A stretch of 64,000 nucleotides of DNA from Camelus dromedarius (lineage: Eukaryota): NCBI RefSeq assembly GCF_036321535.1, contig NC_087449.1, positions 29,388,001 to 29,452,000 on the forward strand, read 5' to 3'. Every line of letters begins with the position of its first letter. The stretch's first letter is position 1. The notes under the pieces are model-generated. The model had not been told where the DNA came from. It worked only from the letters and a program-made list of their open reading frames with translations, and did not search any database. A program made the position numbers and the translations under genes. This document shows, one piece after another, positions 23,431 through 34,600 of this stretch.

Positions 23431-25019
23431 TTCTGCACTGCTTCTGGAAACCTGGGTGGTGGCACACACAGGCACAGTGCACCACCCCTGGTGTTACAAT
23501 GCAGTGATATCCAAGAGCACTTCAGAGCCAAGTGCAATATAAACACCCAGTCCTGGGATTTTTTATTTTGTATCTTATTTTAAGGAAAGGAAAGCCCTTT
23601 ACTCCTACTGTAAATTTCCACAAGCTTGTCAGTTTCCCCTGTGCCAGGATGATTAGCCGGAGTGGAGCTGTCCAGGTTGCTTAAGTGAAGGCAGATGACT
23701 TGATTGTTGTTCAATGCCTTAGCTGTCACTGAGCCGCCTTCCTAAATATGATCCTTATTGCCCTGCTCACCCTTCTATAAACACCACCTCAGTGAAAGCA
23801 TAAAACATTAAAAACATCTCCTGGGTGACTGCTATTGCCTTTTGAATTAACACCAGAAATGCTTATTTGAGAGATGTGGTTTAACTCAAGCAGTATTCCT
23901 TGACGGGTTAATGAAGATCGTATGTTATACTTTAACCTAATATAACAGCATCAATTATTTAGTTATTTTTATTGATTGACCTCTTCCAGATTATTTAATA
24001 GTAGATTTTTCACTCTTCCGAAGATTTAATTCTGAGACTCAAGCACCTTCTTTTGCCATTAGAAGTGTCCTCTGCAGATAGAGACGTGTGTGTGTATGTG
24101 TGTGTGTATTTTTGTTTTTCTTTTTGGAAGAGACACATTGCAGACCTTTCTGGAATTAATGAATGTGGTGCATAAGTAACTTTGCTAAACCTAAATGTAA
24201 CAGAGAATCAAACTGCAGATGACATGGGAGGAAGGTTTCAAAGAGGTAGATCATTGAGCCGAGACAATTAGAATTGCTGTTTAAATATGCAGAAAGCAGA
24301 GAGGCAACCCTGGAAAGGGAGAATGGGTTACAAAACCAGTGCCAGTATCAACTGTGAGGAGTAGCCCTCTGTCTCTGACTTTGTAACCAAGAAATAGAAG
24401 GCAATACGGAATCGCGTCCATTAACTTGTGTTGTAGGACAGTCTGAGTGTTCCCATGACGTCTCATGGGCTCTGCAGGGAGGAAGGAAGATGGAATTGGA
24501 AGGCAGACCACCTGGCATCCACTTCTCTCATGACACCAGTGAGTTCTGGGACACTTGGATTCATTGGCCTGCTAAGCCAAATCTCTTGACCGGAGACTAG
24601 CTCTCCTTACCCTGGACTCCCGCAGCTTTGTGGACTGTTGTTCTAGGCTGTATGAGGGTTGCGATACAAATACAGCCTATGAATTATAGAATTACAGGAA
24701 GGTGGGATACTGGGATGACAGAAATTTTCCCACGCAGGCAGATCAGGTTGAAATTTGTTTCTCAAAGTGTTGTCAATGGTAATAATTTTTCCATGTCAAC
24801 TTGTCAGCACCCTCCGTATATTAATCCTCCTACTGATAATTTTAGTACTAATAGCCAGAGTTTATCTAGTGATTTATAATTTGCCATGGGATATTTAGCT
24901 ATATTATTTCATCTCATATCCCATGTGGGCAGACGTTAGTTTGAGCAGGTGTCTGTTTTTCTCCATGATAATTTTAAAAGTCATTGAGGGAAACGGGAAT
25001 CCCACCTTGGCCTTCAGGT

Positions 25020-25215
25020 GTGGACAGAGAGAGAATTGGGGGTCAGAAGAGCTAACATTGAATCCTGGCCTTTCTAATCATTAGTTTTGTGACCTTAGTC
25101 AAATCATCTAAACTTCATAAAAGTCTTAGTGTCCATATTTTTAAACAGTTTGAAATAAACATGACCAAGAAAATGACACAGGCATAAAGTTCAATAAGGT
25201 GTATGAAAGTACTCT
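25020..25215 (+). mobile_element. MIR relic
   Basis: tgaatcctggcctttctaatcattagttttgtgaccttagtcaaatcatctaaactt. Confidence 0.7.
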
Positions 25216-26388
25216 CTACTGGGAAATACATGGAAATGGGTAGGAGGCTGCTGGCCTAGGGGTGCTAGGCACCTGGCGTCTTGGAGACCACCACTCACTC
25301 CACAGTGGATATTTCTCGTCTTTTATGGCATTCTTTTCCTTGAGTCCATGTGTAGCCTCACGATTCTTTTCAGAACAACACTCCAGGCTGCCACGTACTA
25401 GTTGATCACACCTGGAGAGAGAGATGAACACTCACCTGCCGTCCCTGCCCTGGCCCTGTTGTTGGGCGCACGACCCACCCCCCGCAGGTCGAGGTGCTCT
25501 GTGCCGCTGGTTAGGTGGTGGCTGTGAGAAACGTGACCCTGCAGGATGCATCAGGGTCCTGGTGAGCAAACAGCCTGGTCAGGTCAAGAGATGAGCATTT
25601 TTAGAACCAAGAGACTCAGTAACTCATGGTCTGTAAATGATTCGATTCCTTCCCCCAAATCTGACCTATGGGGTTCTTAGAGACGTCAGCTAAAAAATAC
25701 CACTGAAGGTTGATTTGAAGCATCTAAAGGTACTCAGGACCTGAACGCCAGATCAGTCAATCCCCATGCTCATGCTTTCTAACTTTTTAATCTCTTTGGC
25801 TTTGAGGAAGAGTGACTCTGGCAGAGTCAGTGATTTGGCCACTCACATCCTGAGGGGCCACCTTGGAGCCCCCCAGCCCTAGGATGGGAATCCTTCCCTT
25901 CCCGTTCTGGTTTGGTTCCCTGGCAAGCTCAGTGCCATTTGTCTTAGTATTTGCATCTCCCCTCTCCTGCCAAGGCACAGAGGGGTGTTCTGACATGTGC
26001 TGGCATCTTGGTGATCTCTTAACCTTCTTTTCCCCCTGACATCCTCCATGGCAGAACAGACCATTTGGGGCTGCTTGATTGCCAGATTTGGCAGCCTCTC
26101 TAAAGAGCCCCATCTGCAGCTCTGGAGGATGGGAAGATGGTTTCCCCACGGGTCATGCAGAGATGCGGTCACACGCTCAGAATTACTACCCCACTCTTGT
26201 GTGTGAGGCACCTGGCGCTGCAGAGGGGCGAGTGGTGCGTGGGGAGGAGGACTGAGCTGCTCTCTCTTCTCTGATGGCTCCTCCTCTGCATTATGTCAGC
26301 AGGTCTCCGAGTGTGGTCCTGGGCAGGGAGCCCCACCCTGTGTTCTTGTAAAAAGGGCTGTCTGTGGAAAAAGATAGGGAGCTCTGCC

Positions 26389-26806
26389 TGTTACATGAGC
26401 TGTTTGTGAAACCCTAACCCCCATGATGGTATTTGTAGGTGGGGCTTTTGGGAAGCAGTTGGGTTAGATGAGGTCGTGAGGGTGGCGCCCCCATGATGGG
26501 GTTAGTGCCCTTGTAAGAAGAGACACCAGCAAACTTGCTCTCACTCTCCCCCACCCCATGTGAAGACACAGCAGGAAGGCACCAGCTGCAGGCTAGGAAG
26601 AGAGCCCAGAGGAGCGGCAGGTGATCTGTTCTGGGGACTCAGCGAGGTGTACGTAGGGTTGCCAACAGAGGGTGAGCTCTCACCAGAAACTAAATCTGCT
26701 GGCACTTTGATCTTGGACTTCCCAGCCTGCAGAACTGTGAGAAAGGGATGTATTAAGTCCCCCAGTCTCTGGTATTCTGTTAGGGCAGCCTGAGCTAACT
26801 AAGATG
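26389..26806 (+). mobile_element. MLT1A-type MaLR solo LTR carrying a ~70-bp foreign insertion
   Basis: Perfect 5-bp TSD ctgcc (26384-26388 / 26807-26811); tgatcttggacttcccagcctgcagaactgtgaga and gcagcctgagctaactaaga end. Confidence 0.92.
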
Positions 26807-27170
26807 CTGCCTGGTCCAACATCGTCTTGGAGAACGTTGAGCAGAGCACCATGCACCAGTTACCAGTGCCAGGGGAGGACTCCAACTCTGTGAAGGAGAG
26901 CAAAGATCATCACATTGCCAGCTGCTGGGGCGAGAAGTCCAAACACTTCCGCACCCCACATCTTGGTATCAGAATCACCGAGGAAAACAACATAGTCAGG
27001 CGCTGGATGGAACAGTGCTTTATTTACACGGAGAAGACCTAGAGCAAGGTCAGCCCCAATAGTGGAAGTTGTTCCCCCGTGGCTGGTAGCCAAAGCAAAG
27101 CAATTTGACCTACAAACCCCCACCATGGAGTCAAAAGACTGGAAGTTGGGTGCGCACCTGCAGGCCATTG
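26807..27170 (+). pseudogene. Unidentified coding-like relic (processed pseudogene or old retroelement ORF)
   Basis: Frame SNIVLENVEQSTMHQL...GIRITEENNIVRRWMEQCFIYTEKT* has many C/G-ending codons and an in-register open antisense frame; no homologue recognised. Confidence 0.3.
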
Positions 27171-27789
27171 ATGCATACCTCTAAACTGAATAAGGAGAAG
27201 ACACTGGGTCTGAAACGGAAAAATATTTCCATACCAGGCGATAAGCCCAGCACAGACCTTGTGGACTCTTGAGCTGTTGCTAAGGAAGTTTTCCAGGCCC
27301 GGAGCCCATTCTTATGTGGCTGAGCTAAGGTGGAAGGACTTTATGCATGAGACTGCCTTTCCCAGCAGAGAATCACAGTGTACACGGTAGCATCAAAGGC
27401 TCTGAGAAGTCCTGCAGTGGAGAATGAGATTAACACGTGCTTCCCATATGCACCTGTTTATGAAACCCATTTTCAAAACACTTCTGTGTCCTACTTTTCC
27501 TCAGAGGTCACTTTCGGAAGAGCTGAATTAGGTCATAGTTTGCCCTCCCTTGCTTCCTGCTTCCTTTAGAATGTATGCTTGGAGCAGGCAGAACATGAGC
27601 ATTGCCTTTTTGTTTGATCTTGAACCTAAGTGTCCCAGGTTCATGTCTGTGTATGGTTTGGCCAGTTTAGGAGCTGAGAAGAACAAGGTGGACAGAGTAT
27701 GACCTGGCACTTTGAATATAAGGGAAAATTATGGAAAGGGCTGGAGTGGTCAGTTTATGGTGCAGTGTTAATTATCCCCAAGCATTTAG

Positions 27790-27905
27790 CTGCTGGACTG
27801 TAAGCTCCTTGAGAGCAGAGAGTGTATCCTGTTCGTTAGGCCCATGCCTAGCAAACATGTGGAGCCTGGAGAAATCTCTGGTAAATGTTTGTTGAATAAA
27901 TGAAA
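27790..27905 (+). mobile_element. L2 3' terminus
   Basis: ctggactgtaagctccttgagagcag...taaatgtttgttgaataaatgaa. Confidence 0.85.
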
Positions 27906-28214
27906 TCACTTGTAGGTGTTTAATAGATTCCTAAACCTTTAATGCCAAAGAAAGAAACCAAGTAATTGGTCCAAATTTGTTTAGAAACAAGGAAACCAAG
28001 AGTCAGAGAGAAAATGTATCCAGTTGAAGACCATTAGTGGGCTGGTGAAATGGCCCTGATGTTGCAAATTTAAAAAAGAATGATGAGAATCAGTTAGTTC
28101 TTGATTTCTTGAAATCACGAATTTTATGATTCTAGAGGTGGATTCTAGGGAAAGGAGTATGTTCTCTGAGTTGGTGTGTTGTGGGGATGGTATGTTTCCC
28201 CTTATCTCTGTTAA

Positions 28215-28740
28215 CCTTTAGTCATTCACTTCAACAGCTATTGTTACCTGCTTACAATGACTGACTTGTGTCTTAGTTTGGGCTGCTGTAATGAAGTACC
28301 ATAGACTAGGTGGCTTATAAACAGCAGAAGTTTATTTCTCACAGTTCTAGAGGCTGGAAGTCTGGGATCAGGGTGTCACATGGTCAGGTCCTGGCAAGGA
28401 ACCTCTCTGGGATTGTAAACTGCTGACGTCTCTGTGTTCTCATACGGCAGAAGGGCCGGGCAAGTTCTCTGGGGCCGTTTATATAAGGGCGTTCATCCCA
28501 TTTGTGAGGGCTCCACCCTCATGACCCAGTCATCTCCCAGAGGCCCCCACCTCCTAGTACCATCACATTGGGCCTTAAGATTTCAACATATGAATTCTGG
28601 GGGGACACGAACATTGAGTCTATAGCAGCTTGGCTCCAGAGCTCTAGGGGGGAGAGTGACAAATAAGACATAGTCTCAGTCCTTCAGAAGCTCACAGCCT
28701 AGTAGGTAGTAAAACATGTAAACACCTGGTTATAGTAACA
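28215..28740 (-). mobile_element. L2 relic split by MLT1A LTR
   Basis: gtcattcacttcaacagctatt left; aataagacatagtctcagtccttcagaagctcacagcctagt right. Confidence 0.6.
28269..28627 (-). mobile_element. MLT1A-type MaLR solo LTR
   Basis: tgtcttagtttgggctgctgtaatgaagtaccatagact...gaacattgagtctatagca; TSD acttg/gcttg. Confidence 0.92.
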
Positions 28741-28754
28741 GCACCTCCTCCGCA

Positions 28755-28900
28755 CCAGGTATCCTTAGGCGCTGTGTATATAGTGTTTCATTAGTCCTCG
28801 CACCAAACCTACATGCAGCTGAGGTTTATTACCTTTTTGCAGGTGGGGAAAACGAGTCAGAAAGGTTACGTGATCTGCCGAAGGTGGCCGGGCTGGGTTC
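28755..28900 (-). mobile_element. MIR relic
   Basis: attacctttttgcaggtggggaaaacgagtcagaaaggttacgtgatctgcc. Confidence 0.65.
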
Positions 28901-29249
28901 TGACCCTCGCCCTGTATCCCACTCTGCTCCGTTGTGTGATGCGTGCTTACGAAGCAGAGGGACCTCCTCTAGCTGCAGGAACAACGCCGGGTCTGAGAGC
29001 CCGGAGGAGGGGCGGGTGATTTGTTCTGGGGATTCAGCGAGGTGTACATCGGGTGCCGAGGACTGGGAGCTGCTCTTTCTCCGCCTTGTTTGCCGACATT
29101 CTGCCCCAGGCTGGCCCGGAAGGAACTTGCAGTTGAAGCCCAGGGAAGTCTAGTGGCTTCACTGAAAGTAAAAGTGAAAGGCCAGGAAGGAGATAGCTGT
29201 GGCGGATTCCGCGACCTAGGTCACCTGCATGGCTTTTTTGGGAATGGGG

Positions 29250-29700
29250 TGAACGTTTGTTGAGCGCCCACTCTGTGCAGGGCACTAAAGACACAAAGAG
29301 GAGACAACCTCAGCCCCAGCCCTCGAGTAGTTGTAAAGGGATCAGTTGAAACCCAAACAGAGCTAAACACAGAGTGATGGAGCACGGAGGAGGGGAGCTG
29401 CTCTGTGTTGTGCAGGCATGGAGGGCGGTGGGAGACAGAAGAGGACCATGCCAGTTTTTCACGGGATGCAGAGCAGGGAGCGGTGCCTTCAAGAACAGTT
29501 GGGAGGTTACTGGGAGCAGAGAGGAGATGGCTAAACCAGGGCAGGGCTTGGGCAGACGCTGAGAAGGAGGATGGATGCTGGGGAGGAGAGGCTGGCTGGT
29601 GATGCAGCTTGAGGATACAGGAGGAGGAAAGGCAGGTGGGGACCAACCGGGAGGACCTTCAGAGCCCCGCCACATGAAGGCATTTAGACCATGAGCAGTT
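29250..29700 (-). mobile_element. L2 relic
   Basis: gtttgttgagcgcccactctgtgcagggcactaaagacacaaagagg. Confidence 0.55.
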
Positions 29701-29839
29701 TCCATCTTAGCATTCGTTCTCCTTTCCAATACACGCTGCTAATTGAATTTTTTTTATGGACTCCAAGACCCACATTAACACTGTCTACTTTTAATTCCCT
29801 ACAATGGGGGAAAATCTCTTGGTTTTATTGACTGTGTCT

Positions 29840-30500
29840 TTATCTGACTTCACCTAATTGGAAAATAAACAGATGAAATGATACCTTCACTACTCATGAA
29901 TAATTCATGTTCTCTCTGTCTTTTGTCATAAAAGAGAGCCTAGCAGATCTGTCTTTAAATTAGGATATCTGGTGGATGAGAGAAAAAATGTGAGCGATTA
30001 ACTCCAAATTGAGTTTAGTGTGAATTTCTGAGAGTCGGAGCCCTCCTCCGTAATGAAGTTTAGATTGGTTCACGTAACGGTTCACCTGGCTCTGGCGAGG
30101 CCCAAATTCAGAACATATGAGTGCTATTGACCTGTTAATTTGAAATGTTTTAATCTGCATAAAAATGGATTGTATTAATTGTCTCACATTAACCAGGGCT
30201 GACGATGGTGTCTGATTGAATTAGGCTGATTTCCCCTCTGTCTCTAGGCCCTTTGCGGTCTCCTCTTCCCCCAACCCGGGTCACTTTTCTCCCCTCCTGT
30301 GCCAATCATCTGAACAGGTCGGGCTGTGTTGCTCTCAGATTAGAGAACCCTGCCGACCGTCTGCCCGTCTGCAGATAGACACACGCGTCACCCTCACGGC
30401 GACTGCACCGCCTGACACCTCTCTCCGAACGGTCCTTTTTTCTAATTACCCTGGGTAACATTTCTCCACCCCAGTCTCACTGCTTTATGTTATTTCCGAG
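29840..30500. promoter_or_regulatory. Candidate conserved enhancer
   Basis: Repeat-free; AT-rich half with many TAAT/ATTA cores and POU4-like catgaataattcatg; CpG-retaining half with T-box-like tgacacct. Confidence 0.4.
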
Positions 30501-31297
30501 ATCTCAGCGACTTCCTTTAACTCCTTACACTGGCCTGTGCTTCAGAAAAAAAGACTGGAACTGAAAAATCGGTTTTAAGAAATGTAGTTCTTAATTATCT
30601 TACAGGCATACTCTGAAAGCTGGTACTGAGGTGTTCAGTGTAGTTGAACCTGGTTCTGTGCCTGAGGAGGTCATGGTCTGGGTCTGGAGATATGGCTTAA
30701 ATGTATGGGAAGTTAAGTCATGGCTCAAATCAGTACTGAAGGAGAGATCCCAGGCCAGATACTTGGTCACATGAGTGATGGAATCCATGGGGACTAAGAA
30801 ATACTGAGGTTTCCCGAACGTGCTCTGTGTTTTGTTTCTGTTTTTTTCCTCCCATGAGTCTAAGGCTATGTCCAGTTCTTTGCTGGACCTGGAATAACTT
30901 CCCTCTGTTATAATTCAGGGACATCCTACCCTTTTCTGGGAAGGCTTCCTCGGCCACCACCACCCCGTTGTCTCTTTCGGTGCCCTCTTCTGGGCTCTCT
31001 CCGCTCCTGTCAGAAACAAACCGTCACTGTGTTTACCTTACCATTTACTTGTCTCCTTCAGTCAGCTGGGGTGAAGGGTTCAACTTGCAACATAGAGGGA
31101 GGCAAGACAGGAGAGGGAATTTGGGGAGAATGAGGTGGTGTGTCCCAGGCCTGTGCTTTTCGGTGTGTGGTCCACGGCAGTGAATTAATGAATCTCAGGC
31201 TGCACCTCAGACCTGCAGACGCAGCACCTGAGTTTTAACAGATCCCAGTGGTTCGTAGGCACGTCAAAGCTTGAGGAGAGCTGGGCTGGTCTAGGCT

Positions 31298-31460
31298 CTT
31301 GCTTCTCAAACTTGGCTGTGCATCGGAACCACCTGGGGGGGTCTTTGTAAAGTCCTGCTGCTTGGGTCCCCCTCCGAGCTTCCGATACACGTGGTTGGGG
31401 TGTGACCAGTTAAAAGCTGCCCAGGTGTTGCTGATGTGCAGCCACACACGTGCGCCACCT
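31298..31460. mobile_element. MER5-type hAT MITE
   Basis: gcttctcaaacttggctgtgcatcggaaccacctgg...ccaggtgttgctgatgtgcagcc. Confidence 0.75.
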
Positions 31461-31794
31461 CCGGGCTCGTGTTTCCCAGTGCTGTCTCCTGTCAGCGCAC
31501 ACCATTTCTGTCTGCCTTCCTTGCCTCTTAAGGGTAGGGACTCATACATCCTGAGACTCTAATCTAATATCTGTCACTGAATAATTGTTTCTTAAAGTGA
31601 GTGGAAATAAACCTTTAGTTTTGAATCTGAGGACAGCATTGGAGCAGATTTACTCAAAAGTACCATCAATAGCTTGGAGGAAGAATTAAGGCATAGTTAT
31701 TAACATTGATGGCACAAAAAGAATTCAGAGTGTTCTCAGGGGGCCCAAGTCAAAGATGACAGGATAGGTCAAGGTGTGGGTGCCCAGATTTCAT

Positions 31795-31814
31795 GGGAGT
31801 GGGATGGGGTGGGG
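31795..31814 (+). other. Canonical G-quadruplex motif
   Basis: gggagtgggatggggtgggg. Confidence 0.6.
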
Positions 31815-32189
31815 AAGACACAGCATGTCGTCTTTAGCTAGGAAGCGAGGGGACTTCCAGGTTTTGTTCAGTTCAAGCCCTGGATGATGCTACAGTGATG
31901 ACTGAGCTGGTCACTAAGAAAAATCACTGTACGATTTTCAAATGCATTCATGGAAATACAGTATTCACTCATACAAGGTATTGAACAGCTGTATCTCCTT
32001 TGGGTACCATGCTTTGAGAAAGTCGTGAGCCTTGTGGGTAATAGAGAAGTCATGTCATGGGAGGGGGCGTGTGGGAATGCATCCCCAGAGAAGAGGGGGC
32101 GTGGCGAGGACACGATTGCTTTTTTCCAGAGGACTGCCTGTCATGTGAGCAGAATTGTGCTGTGCTGCTCCGCGGGGCAGAGATGGGGC

Positions 32190-32336
32190 NNNNNNNNNNN
32201 NNNNNNNNNNNNNNNNNNNNNNNNNNNNNNNNNNNNNNNNNNNNNNNNNNNNNNNNNNNNNNNNNNNNNNNNNNNNNNNNNNNNNNNNNNNNNNNNNNNN
32301 NNNNNNNNNNNNNNNNNNNNNNNNNNNNNNNNNNNN
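32190..32336. other. Assembly gap (147 N) in unique sequence
   Basis: N run. Confidence 0.95.
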
Positions 32337-32409
32337 GGCCATCTGTCGTGGGTATTGTGGAAAGATGCACGCATGCGGTGGATGAACAAAATTTTGTTGA
32401 TGATGATAA

Positions 32410-32625
32410 TAGTAGTAAATGTGACTCTGTATACTGAGTGCCCCTGGCATGTGCCAGGTACTGTGTGCTAGGCAAGTTTATGTCCATTAGCATCTTGAAT
32501 CCTTCTAAAGCCCTAATGAAAGTGATAGTTACTATTTCCATTGTACAGAAAAAATGGGCTCAGAGCTAGGATTTGAACCCTGGGCTTTCTGATCACCAAA
32601 CCATAATCTTATAAATCTACCACCT
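32410..32625 (-). mobile_element. MIR relic
   Basis: tttccattgtacagaaaaaatgggctcagag...gatttgaaccc. Confidence 0.7.
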
Positions 32626-33059
32626 GCCTTTTGTGGTCCCTTCCATCTCTAGAATTCTATAATTTCTGGTGTTTTTAGACACTGGATTTGAAGTGACCTT
32701 TTGGCTTCTATGTGGGAAAGGCCCAATGAAGAGCTGGCCATGAAGGCTTGGGAACTGAGACGGTGGTCAGGATGGCCGATGGGGACTTGAGCATACTCTA
32801 CCAAGAGGTGAGGGTTGATGCCATGGGGTTGGTAAGATTCCCAAGGTGGTGACTGCGGAGGGGAGAGAGGTCAGGGCGGGCTGACTCCTCCGTGTGTGCT
32901 GTTGGAACCTCAAAGCCATGGGAGTAGCTGTGAGCCCTGCTTTCAGAGTAGGGAGTGGACTGTTCTGCAGGTTGGAAACTTGATTTTTAAACCTCAGTAA
33001 AATGCAAATACATCTATAAGTGTTCAGATTCTAGTTTGAGACTGTGCAAGTCGTGCTGA

Positions 33060-33795
33060 AATTGGAGTCAGTATAATTCAGCGACTCAGGGTAAAGCTTC
33101 CACCATGATATTGGAACACTGCTGCTCCCAGCTCTGTGTCCCTCCACACTTCACCTTCCTGTGCCTCAGTTTCATCCTCTGTCGAATGGGGATGGTAACA
33201 CCACCTACCCCACGGGTTCATCCTGAAGCTTAAGTGAAATAATACACATAAAGTGCATACACAGTGGCTGACACAGGGAAAGCACTTGGTGTTTATATTC
33301 TGATTTATCATTAAATCGCAGTAAACTGTCAAGTCCCACAAATGGAGTAGTTTCCTTAAGACCCTCTGGTCTGTTTTATTCAGATCGAGCCACGCTATGA
33401 GAATTCAGTTTACATGAAAAAAAAAAAAACACAAATGCACAGCTGATACTCTTAGTTAATCAAACATTTCAGCTTCCTATTTCAGTCCCTTTTTTGCAGT
33501 TTCTAAACTATATGAATCTGCTTCCTCACTGTAACGCATGATCTGCTGTGCAGAGTTGAGGCAGCACAAAGTTGAAGTTGAAAGAAGGACTGTGTGGTCA
33601 GACTGAGTTCAGATTTTAACTTTGCTGTTTACTAGTCCTGCCATCTGGGGCAATTAGTGTGTCAAAGCCTCGGTTTCTTTCGAATAAAATGGAGCTGATA
33701 GTAGTATCTACCTCCTAGGGGGCTTAGAGGTTGAACTGGATTATGTATAGAGAGGGTTTAGGAAGGTACCCAGGGATCTTCAACACAGTAGGCAC
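33060..33795 (+). mobile_element. Two MIR relics (~33060-33300 and ~33590-33795)
   Basis: ctgtgcctcagtttcatcctctgtcgaatggggatggtaacacc; aagcctcggtttctttcgaataaaatggagctgatagtagtatctacctcctagg. Confidence 0.75.
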
Positions 33796-34129
33796 TCAGC
33801 CGATGATGATGGTGATACATGTATTTTGCAGGACTATGGGATTTAAAATGCGTCAGGGCCCTTGTTCTGCGCGTCGATGTTGCTTATACAGTCCTATAGT
33901 GCGTGTGCATAATCTATGGATAGCTTTCTCTATAAGCAAGAGATGCATGGATTGGGGGATTCCATGGGTGGGCTTGGGGGGAGGGATCTGTGATGCTGCT
34001 GAAATTGTAGGCAAGACATAGGGGTTCGCATGTTTATCTGGGGAGGATCTATGCTTTCATTCCTCTCACTGTGACCTTATAAAGTTTAAGAAGTGTTAGC
34101 ATAAGAGGCTTGAAGTGGAACATGAGACT

Positions 34130-34600
34130 CTTCTTAAGAGCAAGCTGAAAACCCAGCTAAGGGTGACTTTGGGAATCAAGTCATTTTGTTATCTCATCGA
34201 ACAAAGCATCAGAGGTGGGCGGTCTCGAGGCTGGCGCAGTAGTTCAAAGACGTTATCAGGGGTTCATGGCTTTCTGGTCTGTGTCGTCTTTAAATTACTT
34301 GCCTCATGGTCCCAGGACAGTGGCCACAGAAACAAGTATCACATCCTTGCATAACTTCACTGAAAACAGAAAGAAGCCAGGGCAGTCAGGACGGTGTGAC
34401 GGAGCTTTCTTTATTTGTCTACTTTCTCTTACCAGAGGTTAAAAAACACACAATCAAACAAACGCCCCAGAAGTAACTCTCAAAAAGCAAGATACCTCCA
34501 CCTCTGCTTATTCTTTATTTGCCAGACTGCCTCCTATTACCACTTCCAGCCAGAAGGCAAGTATCTCTTTTTTTCAGCATCTCTAAGTGGAAGAGGTGGT
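34130..34600 (-). mobile_element. Old MaLR LTR (MLT1J/K-like)
   Basis: ttttgttatctcatcgaacaaagcatcagaggtgggcggtc...gcctcatggtcccaggacagtggcc...atcacatcc. Confidence 0.5.

Noticed and set aside
24885-24925. Perfect 10-bp inverted repeat with a 21-nt loop
   Set aside because: About one such match is expected by chance in 64 kb; not a miRNA-length stem.
26860-27168. Minus-strand ORF with PDYVVFLGD, superficially like a metallophosphoesterase motif
   Set aside because: The other conserved metal-binding motifs are missing; it is the in-register shadow of the + strand coding-like frame.
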